Of a stretch of 53,412 nt of DNA, positions 21,403 to 32,200 are shown piece by piece. A program made the position numbers and the translations under genes. Position 1 is the first letter of the stretch. Each line of letters begins with the position of its first letter. The stretch lies in contig NW_005434607.1 in assembly GCF_000315625.1 (NCBI RefSeq), forward strand, positions 310,252 through 363,663, written 5' to 3'. The notes beneath the pieces were generated by a model, which worked only from the letters and a program-made list of their open reading frames with translations, did no database searches and had not been told where the DNA came from. The stretch comes from Guillardia theta CCMP2712 (taxonomy: Eukaryota > Protista > Cryptophyta).

Positions 21403-22689
21403 ATGTTGAGAAAATGTCTCTTGTCAGCGGGACATAGTCTGAAGGCAAGTTTTCCTTACAGCAGAATCCTTGGCAGCAGGGGAGCAAAGGGACTCCCTTC
21501 CTCCCGAGCGTACGGCTCGCTGCCGATAGGAGGCTATGAGAGTGAGTCTGTAAGGCCGAAGCTCTTCATCCCCGGACCCGTCGAGTTCTCTCCTGAAGTC
21601 CTGCAGGCAGCTGGGTCGGGGGCGAGGGCGCATACAGACACGACCCTCATCGAGGACTTTGGGAGGTCAATCGAACTGGTCAGGAAAGTCTTCCTCTCCT
21701 CCTCCGCTCAGCCCTTCATCCTCTCTGGTTCCGGTGTGCTCGGATGGGATGTGGTCGCCTGCAACCTCCTGCGGAGGGGCGACAGGGTTCTACAGGTGAA
21801 CTCAGGGTTCTTCAGCACGAGGTTCGAGGACGCGTACAAGCAGTACGGGATGGAAGTGACGTCGGTCGCTCCCAAGGTTGTTGGTGCGAGGCCGCTGCAT
21901 GAGGAGGTGGAGAAGGAGCTGAAAGGAGCGAAGCAGTCTTCCCGCCCCTACAAGATCATCTCCATTACAGGGGTCGATACGTCCACGGGCGTGCTTGCCG
22001 ATCTCAAGGCCCTCTGCGAACTGACCAGGAGCGTCTCCCCCGACACGCTCATCGTGGTGGATGCCGTCTGCTCCGCTGCTGGGGAGGAGCTGCGCATGGA
22101 CGAGTGGGGCATCGACTTCGTCCTGACGGGCTCGCAGAAGGCCATTGGGGTACCTCCCGGCCTGTGCGTCATGATCTGCTCCCAGCAAGCTCTCGAGCGC
22201 ATCCCCGACAAGGCAGCGATCCCCAACTACTTTGCGAACCTCCGCAGCTGGATGCCCATCATGGAGAGCTACGAGAAGAGGAAGCCTTCCTACTTTGCTA
22301 CCCCGGCCGTGAACCTCGTCGGGGCCCTGAGGGTCGGGCTGGAGCAGCTCCTGGAGACTCCCGGAGGGATGGACGGGTACTTTGACGCGCACAGGCGGAC
22401 CAAGGACCGGGTCCATAAAAAGCTTTCTTCAGCTGGGCTGCAGCTGCTCACGGAGAGCTCTCAGGTGTCTTCGAACCTACTCTCCTGCATCCGCTACCCC
22501 CAGGGGAAGGCGGCGGGCGACATTCTTCCCCCCATGAAGGAGCGAGGATGGATCATTGCCGCAGGGCTGCACCCGGCCTGTGCCGGGGAGTACTTCCGAG
22601 TCGGGCACATGGGATACTCAGTGACGAAGAGGCCGGAGTGGATTGACAAACTCACCGACGACCTGGTGGAGATAGCATGCTCCAAGTGA
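21403..22689 (+). CDS. AGXT: Alanine--glyoxylate/serine--pyruvate aminotransferase (class V PLP enzyme, yeast Agx1-like), intronless, with a probable mitochondrial presequence
   Basis: Motifs LFIPGPVEFS, SGSGVLGWD, VDTSTGV, VVDAVCS, TGSQKAIGVPPGL (PLP lysine), YFATPAVNL and FRVGHMG. The N-terminal ~40 aa are R/K/S/L-rich and acid-free. No PTS1 (ends CSK). Confidence 0.93.
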   Translation: MLRKCLLSAGHSLKASFPYSRILGSRGAKGLPSSRAYGSLPIGGYESESVRPKLFIPGPVEFSPEVLQAAGSGARAHTDTTLIEDFGRSIELVRKVFLSSSAQPFILSGSGVLGWDVVACNLLRRGDRVLQVNSGFFSTRFEDAYKQYGMEVTSVAPKVVGARPLHEEVEKELKGAKQSSRPYKIISITGVDTSTGVLADLKALCELTRSVSPDTLIVVDAVCSAAGEELRMDEWGIDFVLTGSQKAIGVPPGLCVMICSQQALERIPDKAAIPNYFANLRSWMPIMESYEKRKPSYFATPAVNLVGALRVGLEQLLETPGGMDGYFDAHRRTKDRVHKKLSSAGLQLLTESSQVSSNLLSCIRYPQGKAAGDILPPMKERGWIIAAGLHPACAGEYFRVGHMGYSVTKRPEWIDKLTDDLVEIACSK

Positions 22690-22956
22690 GGAGGAGGGAA
22701 GGAAGGGATGGGGGAAGGAGGAGGAGACGAGGAGGTGTGGCGGGGCTTGTAAGATTATTTTGTGTGCTCGAAAAGATTTTTACCTTGAAACGATTAAAAC
22801 TTTCGGCTTGAAAACTCTGCAGCAGATTGGTGGAGGAGGAAGAGGAGAGAGGAAGTTGACTAACGAGGCAGGGGGCGGGGGAGGAGGGAGACAGGAGGAG
22901 GAGGAAGAGGAGACAAGAGGAGGAGGGAGACAGGAGGAGGAAGAGGAGGGACCAGA

Positions 22957-24493
22957 TCAAGTGCTGCAAGGAAGTCCAACGAGGACAAGGTTTCTCGCTG
23001 AGATGTCATCAGCAAATGACAGAATCCCGAGCTCCCACTGCCAAGTGAGTCAGAGAGGATGGCAAAAAAGAAGTCAAGCCGTTCGGACCTTGTCCTTGTC
23101 AAACTTCCCCAGCCGAGCTGAGCCGAGAGCTGGGAGAGGTGGAGTAGGGAGTCAGCAGGGCAGGAGGAGCAGGAGAAGGAAGCACCTATCATGGCCTCCT
23201 TCTGACACCTCACTGACTCCTCGTGCGGGTCTGTCAACTCCCCAAGCTTTGCGAGCTTCCTCCACCTGCACTTCCATTGAATCCTCCTCTCCCTCCCCCG
23301 TCCCCCATCTCCAATCCAACTGTCCTCCTCCTCCTCCTCCTCCTCATCATCATCATCATCATTATCATCATCATCATCATCATCCCTTCTCACCTCTCCT
23401 CCCACTCGTCGCAGCTCGTATCCCCTTTGCTCCCAGCTGCCTCCTCCCCGGGTCTACTTTCTCCTCTCTCCTCCTCTCGTAGCATGTTGCTCTCTTGTTC
23501 CGACTGCCCTGCATTGTGAGCCAGCTCTCGGAGGTGAAAGTGCTTCAGGAAGCAACACGGGCAGCACAGGAACGGAGCCTGAGAAGACGTGAGGAGGCGA
23601 AGAGGAGGATGACACGGGCGAGCTGAGCACGAGGAGGAGCAGGAAGAGAGACAACAAGAGACGTGGGAGGGAGGAACGAGGAAGGAGGGGCAAAGAGGTA
23701 TCAAAATGTACCTTTTCCCTCCTTGCCAACGAGAGGATGGCGTCCGTCAGGCCTCCACAGGCATGGAGTCCTACAAGTACCAGGCGCTCCTTCTCCCCTC
23801 CCCCCTCTACGATCCCACGTCTCGCCAGCAGCTCCGTCACGTTCTCCTCGCGGAAGCGGATCCTCTCCGCGATCTCCCTCCCCTCCGCATCCTTGACTTC
23901 CGTTGCCACCGTCCTCGCTGCTTCCAGGGATGGCAAGTTGACCTCCAGCTGCAAAGGAGTAGCAGCAAGTGAGTCAGCACGTGTCTCCCCCGCAAACTTC
24001 GCACCATCATACTCACCATCTCCACCTTCAACTTGGACATGTACTTGGCAATGTTCACTGTCAGATCCCCGCGCCCTCCTCCAACGTCCACGACTGTCCA
24101 GCCGTTCCCGTCCTCCCAGGCGATGTTCCCGTCTTGGTGTGCCGGCACCTCCCCGGCGAACCAAGAGCTCTTTGCTCTGCCACCGAACAGCTCGTTCAAC
24201 CTCTGCAGCATCCAACGCACCTGTGGTGCCTTCTTGCCATGCGCATACGCGTCTCGCCGCTTCTGCTCGCTCTCCTCGCTCTGGGAAGGGATGGTGATCA
24301 CGACGTCGAAGTCCCCGGTAGTCTCAATTCGCTTCATATGAAATTTCGCTTGAGTCTTACTCGCCTGCTCCAGCGCATCCAGGAGCTCCTTGTCAATCTT
24401 GCACGGGCGAAGCCTGCAAGCAAGTCACGCTGATATCGCTACCACGACCTCCTCCTCCTGCTCCTGCTCCTGCTCCTGCTGCTCCTGCTCCTG

Positions 24494-24525
<32 letters not shown>

Positions 24526-25316
24526 CCTCCTGCTCCTCCTGCTCCTCCTGCTCCTCCTGCTCCTCCTGCTCCTCCTGTCCCTCCTCACCTGCTCGCCTGC
24601 GCATTCCTTCCTTGGAGCAGCCTAGAGATTCTCGCTGCCTGCTGTCGCAGCGTCTTGTCTGACAGCTTCGAGAGCTGTGCGACCGCGTCCTCGGACATCT
24701 CTAGGCTCTCGGCAACCCTCTTGACCCCAACGCTCTCGTTCCTCATCAGCTCGATCATGCTTTGAATGTACACGGGATGCGGCTTAGCGCTGAGCATGCA
24801 GGCATCGAAGCAGTACACCAGCGCATCGCCGTGCCTGAGCGACTTGCCGCAGAGCCCTTGGAACCAAGCTTCCGCCTCCGGTCGCAACAGCGTCGCCTCT
24901 ACCTCGAAGGGAACGCTTCCTCGCCAGCGAGAGACGTCCAGCATGACTTGCAGCTGCGGCGTATCCTCCTCCATCTTCGAAGCTCCCTCGGGCTGCATGC
25001 ATCGTCGGAGAGGTTTGAGCTCGAGGAAGATGAGATGCTTTGACATCTCTCGACGAGCTACGATCCTCCCGTCGAACTTGACCGTCTCTTCACTCACTTC
25101 CCCGTTCTTCAACGGTTCACTTGCATGCGAGACTCGTTCACATATGGCCTTCCAGCTCGCGTTTGCCTGCTCCTGCTCTTCTTCACTCCATTGCTTCTTG
25201 GGAGGCAGGAGGTTCAGGTACGCCTCCGGGTCCTCCTGCCCTTATATGTAACCACACAATCCCGTCTTCACATCCTCTAGCACCTTAGCCTGCCTCTTCT
25301 TCGGAAGCGTTCTCAT
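22957..25316 (-). CDS. OB-fold + class I SAM-dependent methyltransferase (Methyltransf_32/Trm13/METTL25-like), ~8 exons
   Basis: Spliced product MRTLPKKRQAK/EDPEAY...VKFDGRIVARREMSKHLIFLEL (OB-fold-like)...VVDVGGGRGDL (motif I)...LVGLHACGGLTD...CCPCCF...ISARNLVLVGLPCST*. ATG 25316, first intron 25236-25283, TGA 22959-22957. Confidence 0.82.
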
Positions 25317-25813
25317 CGGTTTGACTGCATGGCAACTGAGATGCGGGAAGGGCACGAAAACATGCTTTACCCTCCATCAGAGACGTTTCAACCACCAGCA
25401 CAAGCAGGGCCAGAGCGAACTTGCAAGTCCACTTAATCTTCTGAGATGTACAAAAAGAGATCCTAGATCCTGTTGATCGAATCCTTCAGATATCTGTAAG
25501 ATGCCTGCATGTCAGAAGATATCTGTTCCTCTTCAATTTCGCTACCACCTACTTGCTCCTTTTAACCCCTGTTTCTGCACTGTATCCCCTCCCTGCTCCT
25601 TTTCCTCTCCTTCCATCTCCCTTCCTCTCCTCCTCTTGCACACTACGGAATCAATCCAGTACCCTCTTGCTCTCCATCCTCAACTTCGGCTCCTCCTCCT
25701 CCTCCTCCTCCTCCTCCTCCTCCTAGCCTCCACCTCTTGATCTTCACGTGCATATTTCAGTCACTCCAATCCGAGTCTGCCTCAGAGTCTTTTCGGAATT
25801 ACGTCAGCGCCAA

Positions 25814-27797
25814 ATGCTCAGCTCCCGGTCCTCGATTGCCATGCTGTTGGCGATGGCGGGTGATGATGCTGGCGGAAGCTGTTGGGTCACGTGTCCTCCT
25901 CCTTCCTCTCTCTGATCTCCCTCTGTCCTCTCCCTCCTCCTCTGCTTCCTCGTGTTCCACCTCACCCGGCCTGCACACAAGTATAGCAGAACTGCACTGA
26001 TCATGTTTCGAGCAGGGGCTTCGTTGGCAGATATGTGCGGGAGACCCAGCTTAGAGAGCTGGGAAGGAACATGTTTGAAGTCGGGAGTAGGAGGGTGAGA
26101 GGACATTTACCTAAATGATGCGATTCTCTGACACTTTCGGCAGGTGGGGGACCCCCGAAGGCGATGGCTTCTACATCATGGAGGACGGGACAAGGTTGGA
26201 AGGCTCGTATCAGAACGGCAAGCCTGTGCGAGCACGCGACTGACTTTCCTAGCGATGCTCTGAAGATGGTGGAAAGGTGGGTTTCGGCATCTTCACTTGG
26301 GCCAACGGACAGCGTTTTATTGGATACTGGGAGAACGGGTAACCAGTGCGATGAGGCTGAAAGGAGCTGAGAAATTCTTGCAGCAAGCCACATGGGAATG
26401 GAACATTCACATGGAAGAACGGGAAGAGGTGATGGGAGGGACGTGGAGGAAGTAAACAGTTGGCGATCAGCTGACACAGCGCAGGTTCGAGGGTTCGGTG
26501 ATCGACGGAGTCCCTCAAGGGAAAGGTAAAGACCCGCTCAACCCTGACGTGAGCATTTAATGTGGAGGATGGAAGGACGACTCGTCTGGCCGGGGGGTGA
26601 AGAGTACAAGGGGACGTTCGTGAATGGGAAGGAGGACGGCAGGTAGCCGAAAGGACGGGAACATGAACAGCAGGTTGACTCTGAATATGGACAGGGGGCT
26701 CTTTGTATCCTCGGAAGGATCTTACTTCTGTGGGGAGTTTAGACAGGGGAACGGATATGGAAGGTGGCGATCAATGCTGCTTCCATGTCTTTGTTTGCGC
26801 AAGCTGAGTTCGACCCCTCAGTGTCTTGGTCAAGTTCGAGGACGGGTCGGTCTACGCTGGTGACTGGAGCAACAGCAGGTGGGACAGTGTGGTTCACATC
26901 CTTTCTTGTCTGATGCTCCGACAGCCTCACAGGCCGAGGCGTCTCTTACTTTCGGGGGAACCGTACTCAGAGACATGTCAGAAGGGAGTATGCTGATCAG
27001 ACTTCGCGCAGGTTACGAAGGAGAGTTCCTGGAGGCGCTGCCAGGAGGTCGGGGAGTGATGTTCACGGAGAAGTCCGTCAAGTACTATGGAGATTGGAGC
27101 CAAGGAGCTCGCAACGGCTCGGGCGTCTACGTGTGGCCTGATGGCTCGGAGTATCGTGGATCCTTCAGAGGTGCACCTGCAGCTGACGCCTCGTCCCCCT
27201 CATGTTTATGTCCAGCTGGAGTTCAGCATGGTTGCGGAGTACAAGTGCTGCCCGGCATTCTGTGGGGAGGTAGACTTTGTGTTCGCTTCCATGCAGGAGG
27301 CTTGACACCTTGAATGGCAGAGGAGCTAGTGAAGGGCTTGTGGGTCAACGGGTCTCAGCAGCAGGAGGGACTGAGCTCCTGTGTGCAGCCGGGTGAGACT
27401 GACATCCTTGCCTTGCAAAGCGCCGAAGCTGCCAAGGAGTCGGTGAGTTCACTACACGAGCAGAGGAGAGAGTTGACGGCAGTGGTCTTAGGCTCAGGAA
27501 GCCCGGAGGAGGCTGGAGGAAGCGTTTGAAATCGCAAGGACTATCCCGGAGTGTGCCATAATGAACCTGTCGGGCTCGGTTGAGAACACCTTTCCTGCGG
27601 TTTCAACCTTTGTCTTCACGGAGAGACACCTGATAGCTGCTGCTCTCTTTGTTACTTGCCTCACTTCTATCGCTTGTTTGTACCTGATTGTTGCACCGAC
27701 GTCTCCACACGGTCAGCATGACAAACAACCCGAGAAAACGAAAAGTAAGGGCGAGGTCAAAGACAACAAAGGCAGCAAGAAAGAAAAGAATAATTGA
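25814..27797 (+). CDS. MORN-repeat type I membrane protein (signal peptide, MORN repeats, C-terminal TM, KxKxx tail), multi-exon
   Basis: Spliced N-terminus MLSSRSSIAMLLAMAGASLA-DM. MORN-like exons: GDGFYIMEDGTRLEGSYQNGKP, GFGIFTWANGQRFIGYWENG, HGNGTFTWKNGKRFEGSVIDGVPQGKG, GRGVMFTEKSVKYYGDWSQGARNGSGVYVWPDGSEYRGSF. TM LIAAALFVTCLTSIACLYLIV. Ends KKEKNN*. Confidence 0.8.
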
Positions 27798-28030
27798 TCT
27801 CTGTGTATATATGTACAAATAGTATATGAATTGAATCATTTTGAGAAAGCAAATTTCCCTGCCATCTCGTTATTTTCAAACGTTTCAGCCCGCGAAACAA
27901 TATCCTTTATCCGCGTTAAAGTATCCCTCCGGACGAGTTCTTCATTTCACTAAAGTAATGCACATCACGTAGCCAAAGCGATTTCAGAGATGTTTATGTT
28001 CCGTTCATTCATCATCCATTTGGAATCTGC

Positions 28031-28899
28031 TCAACACTTCATCAGAACTGTTTTGTCGATGCAAACATGGTTCTCACACCATCTCTGAGAGGTAACGAAT
28101 AGATTGCTTCCACCCCCCTGCACAATCCTTTCCAAGACATCGACTCGTGCATGAGCTCCTTGACCGTCACTGCATCTCCCGTTTGAATGAGAGACTGAAT
28201 GAGTAAGGTCAACGCAACATGGTGTATCGATTGAAACAGCTACCTTTTCTTTGCTCAGAAAGTGAAACCATGCGTTCTGATGGTTCAGACTGCCTTGCCA
28301 TCCCCAACTTCTTGTGTTGATCACCTCAATGGTAGCTCCAACAGCGATCTCAAACAAGTGTTTGACTTCGGTTGTCCGATCGGTTGTGTGCTCCCCTGCT
28401 GTTCCATGTATCATCTGAGTAGCGTTGACCTTGTCCGCGCTGCTTGACATTCTGAGCACTTTGAATCGTCGCAGATGGTATCTTTCCTGCTCGGAGAGCA
28501 GATCGGTCGGTTCAAACCCATATGGCGCTCCTGCACAATGAATTCCTCATAACATGAAAAAAAATCAAACAGGACAGAAGTTTCAATTCCACAGTTATGC
28601 AGAGCACTCAGGCAAGGATATGAAGAAGAGGAATATGGATGTCAGTACAAGCAGGCAAGAGCAGAAGGAGGCTGCAACTGCTAAACACGAGGGGAGCGCT
28701 TCTACAGGTTCAGATTCAAATTTTGCGCTTTCCTCTCGTCAAGATACATCTGTAGAGGCTGGAGATGGAGCTCACCGGGGTACCGCCTCCTCATCCGTCG
28801 TTCGATGTAGAAGAGCGCCAGGCATGTCATCATCATCAGCGCGATCACCGCTACCATGCCCCCCACGTAGCCGCAGTCAAGCTCCAGCATACAACCCAT
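28031..28899 (-). CDS. Small hypothetical membrane protein, multi-exon
   Basis: MGCMLELDCGYVGGMVAVIALMMMTCLALFYIERRMRRRYP (one TM followed by basic residues), then a GTGAG donor. Downstream open exons APYGFEPTDLLSEQERYHLRRFK... end at stop 28031. Structure uncertain. Confidence 0.4.
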
Positions 28900-28974
28900 C
28901 TTGCCGTTCCTGAGCAGAGACCACCCCTGGTTCTCCCCCACCACCTCCACTTCTGACCAACCGAACTACCTGTA

Positions 28975-29140
28975 ATGGCCCGGCCGGGCCCGAAGGCTCA
29001 AGATCGGACAGCACTGAGACCGTTTCAGTGCGCCCGGGGCCCCCAGGGAGACACACTCAGTGGTGACTCTGTCAGTCTAACTAAAGCGGCCTGAGCCTCT
29101 CGGAGAACAGCCCGACCCCGCGCGGCTTCAGTTCAACGGT
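28975..29140. repeat. GC-rich palindromic block (same motif vocabulary as 8440-8600, 14325-14855 and 47265-47410)
   Basis: ggcccggccgggcccg, gcactgag..tcagtgc, cccggggccccc, actcagtg and ttcagttcaac motifs. Confidence 0.45.
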
Positions 29141-29237
29141 TGTGGACGTGGTACTACAGTTACGGTTGAAGAATGGGAGAGGGTTGAAACATCAGTCATA
29201 CTTTAATGAAGACTCTTCAAGATTACTAGCTATCAGG

Positions 29238-32200
29238 CTACTCGATGATGGTCAGACGGTTTCCTGTTGCCAAGTACTCGAGAAGGGCCTGGCCTATCAG
29301 ACCCATCTCATCATCCGTGAGGAGCTGGTCCCAGATGTATATCTGTGACAAGGCGAAGTCTGATTCTTCATTAGCAGCTGTATTCACTGTCAGGTATGCC
29401 CCTCCTGATCCTCCTCCCGCTATCCCAGCGCTCTGCATCGTCGTGCTGTTGCCCAGGGCTCGTTGTATGTTGCCTGGTGTGTTGTTGTCGTTCTTCCCGC
29501 ACATCACCAGCCATGTTTCAGTGCTCGAGCTGCTGAGGCTGACATTCGCTTTCCATCCTTCGTAGTAGGCAACGCCGATCATGCCGTCTGCATGCCCATG
29601 GAACCAGCTCAGCACCGAGGGGTCGGCGGTCAAGACCTTCAGCTGGGAGGCACCGGCGTACCTGGAGACGGAGCAGATGGTGAACTGGGATGGTATGCTT
29701 CCGTTGGGCCACCTCATAACGCTCGCTGTGTTGCCGGAGACGAAGGACACTTGTGCGTTAGCACCGTTACCACTCTCGAAGCCCGTTACAAAGGTGCCGC
29801 TCTCGCATGTCACCGAGTCCTTGACCCCCCGCGATTCTTTCCAGCACTGAGTGCTCAGCGCGTCGAAATCTTCAGCATGGTAGATGCCCCATGGCTGCTT
29901 GTCCTGGATGACTTGAGCTGCAAGAGCATAGGCCGTGCTGGGATAGTCTGAGCCCAGTGAAAGGTAGTGTTGCTCCATATCGAACGATGTGAAAGGAAAG
30001 TCATACACGCGAAAGTCGTCGAGATAGCCGTCTAGTGGTCCATCTTCAGTCCAGTGCGACTTAGCAAGGTACAGAGTCCTCAAAGATTGATCCACAGACT
30101 GAACCTCGTTCGATATCTGATTGCTGTAGGAGAGGTATTGAACGGAGTCAACCCACACTTGCACTGTACTGGGATATGCAGTCGAGTTCGAATCGACCGA
30201 GTACACTACATGATGCCAATTCCCATCTCTAAAGTTGTTATCTGTCAACATTCTAGTCGCTGGCACTGTCCCTTCGTACAAGTCAAAACTCAATTTCCCT
30301 GTGCTCGGCTCTGACAGGCCGTCAAATCCAACTGCGATGTTGTTGTCAGGCGCTCCAGCTCCGAAGTCGAACAGCTTCGCGTGAACGCTGGTGTTGGGCG
30401 ATGCTTTGAAACTGAAGGAGAAAGTTATTCCACTCGTCCGTTGGACCTCCGCATAGTCAAGGGTCTTCGGCACAGTCATGTACTCCTGTCCAGCAGAGCT
30501 ACTGAAAGCTGCAGCCTGCTTTCCTTTGTTCGAGAGCGTTGACCCAGTCGCTCCAAAGTTTGTCAGAGTGTAGCCGTTGCCGGAGCTGTCGTTAAGGAAC
30601 TGACCGGGTTCGAACTGGTAGCTCAGGAGCGGTTGGTACGGCAGGCAATCTTCGACGCTGCTCTTCCCGGTGCCATTGGAGGTGGTTAGGGGAGGGCATC
30701 GAGTGCATGGCGAGCTCACAAGGTCTATCGAGTAGTAACCGACGACACAAGCGTCGCAAGAAGTGATAGACTTCAACCCGGCTTGACGAGTAGTCGTTAA
30801 GTTCGGACAGGACTTACATGGACAAGCAGTGCACACGTCGAGATCAAAATAGGACCCCACGTCGCATGAGCAGTTGTACTCGGTAATGATTTGTGTAACT
30901 AAACATTTTTGCGACCCTGTCACTGTTTTGCAAGAGTTAGAGCTGGTGCAATCTGACTGTTGCGTATCAAGAACGAGTGAACCCGTCTCAACAGAGAAAG
31001 TAGAGTTGCCTGCAACAAAAACGAGTTCCCCAACAGCACCGTAACTGTTGGAGAAGAAGGAGTTCCCTGAAACAGAAAAGATAGAAACTTCAGAGAGGAA
31101 AATTGCCCCACCGAAACGTGCAAACGAGTTTGAGATATTGCTATCCGCAAATGAAACAGAGGAAGCCTGAACAAAGAAGGCTCCACCGGAGTTGAGGTAC
31201 AAACTTGAAGACAACGGAATAATACTACAGGAATCAAACAGTGAAGACGAAACAGTAACCCACGAGTGACCTACAATGGCAACACAGCCACCAAACGAGT
31301 ATGACACACTGTTGAGGATACTCGAAAAGTACATGATCAAAGACGATCCAGACCCACTGTACACCGCCCCGCCCTCCTGCCCTGCCGTGCAGTACTCGAG
31401 TACGCTCCCCGTCGCCTGCACGCTCGACCCGTCGTACTGCGCGATGCACCCTCCCGTCGACCCCTCGGACGTGCCGTTGACGATCTTGCTGTCCTCGAGG
31501 ACTACCTTCGACTGCCCGGTGCTGTACACTGCCCCGCCCCCTCCTACCGACACGCATACCTCTACCACGCTCCCTGTCGCCTGTACGCTCGACCCTCCGT
31601 ACTGCGCGATGCACCCTCCCGTCGACCCCAGCGACCTTCCTACCGAGATGTTGCTGCTGCTCAGCACTACCGTCGAGTTGCCCCCGCTGTACACCGCCCC
31701 GCCCTCCTGCCCTGCCGTGCAGTACTCGAGTACGCTCGCCGTCGCCTGCACGCTCGACCCGTCGTACTGCGCGATGCACCCTCCCGTCGACCCCTCGGAC
31801 GTGCCGTTGACGATCTTGCTGTCCTCGAGGACTACCTGCGACTGCCCGGTGCTGTACACTGCCCCGCCCCCTCCTACCGACACGCATACCTCTACCACGC
31901 TCCCTGTCGCCTGTACGCTCGACCCTCCGTACTGCGCGATGCACCCTCCCGTCGACCCCAGCGACCTTCCTACCGAGATGTTGCTGCTGCTCAGCACTAC
32001 CGTCGAGTTGCCCCCGCTGTACACCGCCCCGCCCTCCTGCCCTGCCGTGCAGTACTCGAGTACGCTCCCCGTCGCCTGCACGCTCGACCCGTCGTACTGC
32101 GCGATGCATCCTCCCGTCGACCCCTCTGACGTGCCGTTGACGATCTTGCTGTCCTCGAGGACTACCTGCGACTGCCCGGTGCTGTACACTGCCCCGCCCC

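Noticed and set aside
9800-22420. Antisense ORFs overlapping the ART, RSH and AGXT genes (e.g. 18643-19617, 11668-12450)
   Set aside because: Expected shadows of GC3-rich coding sequence, with no motifs.
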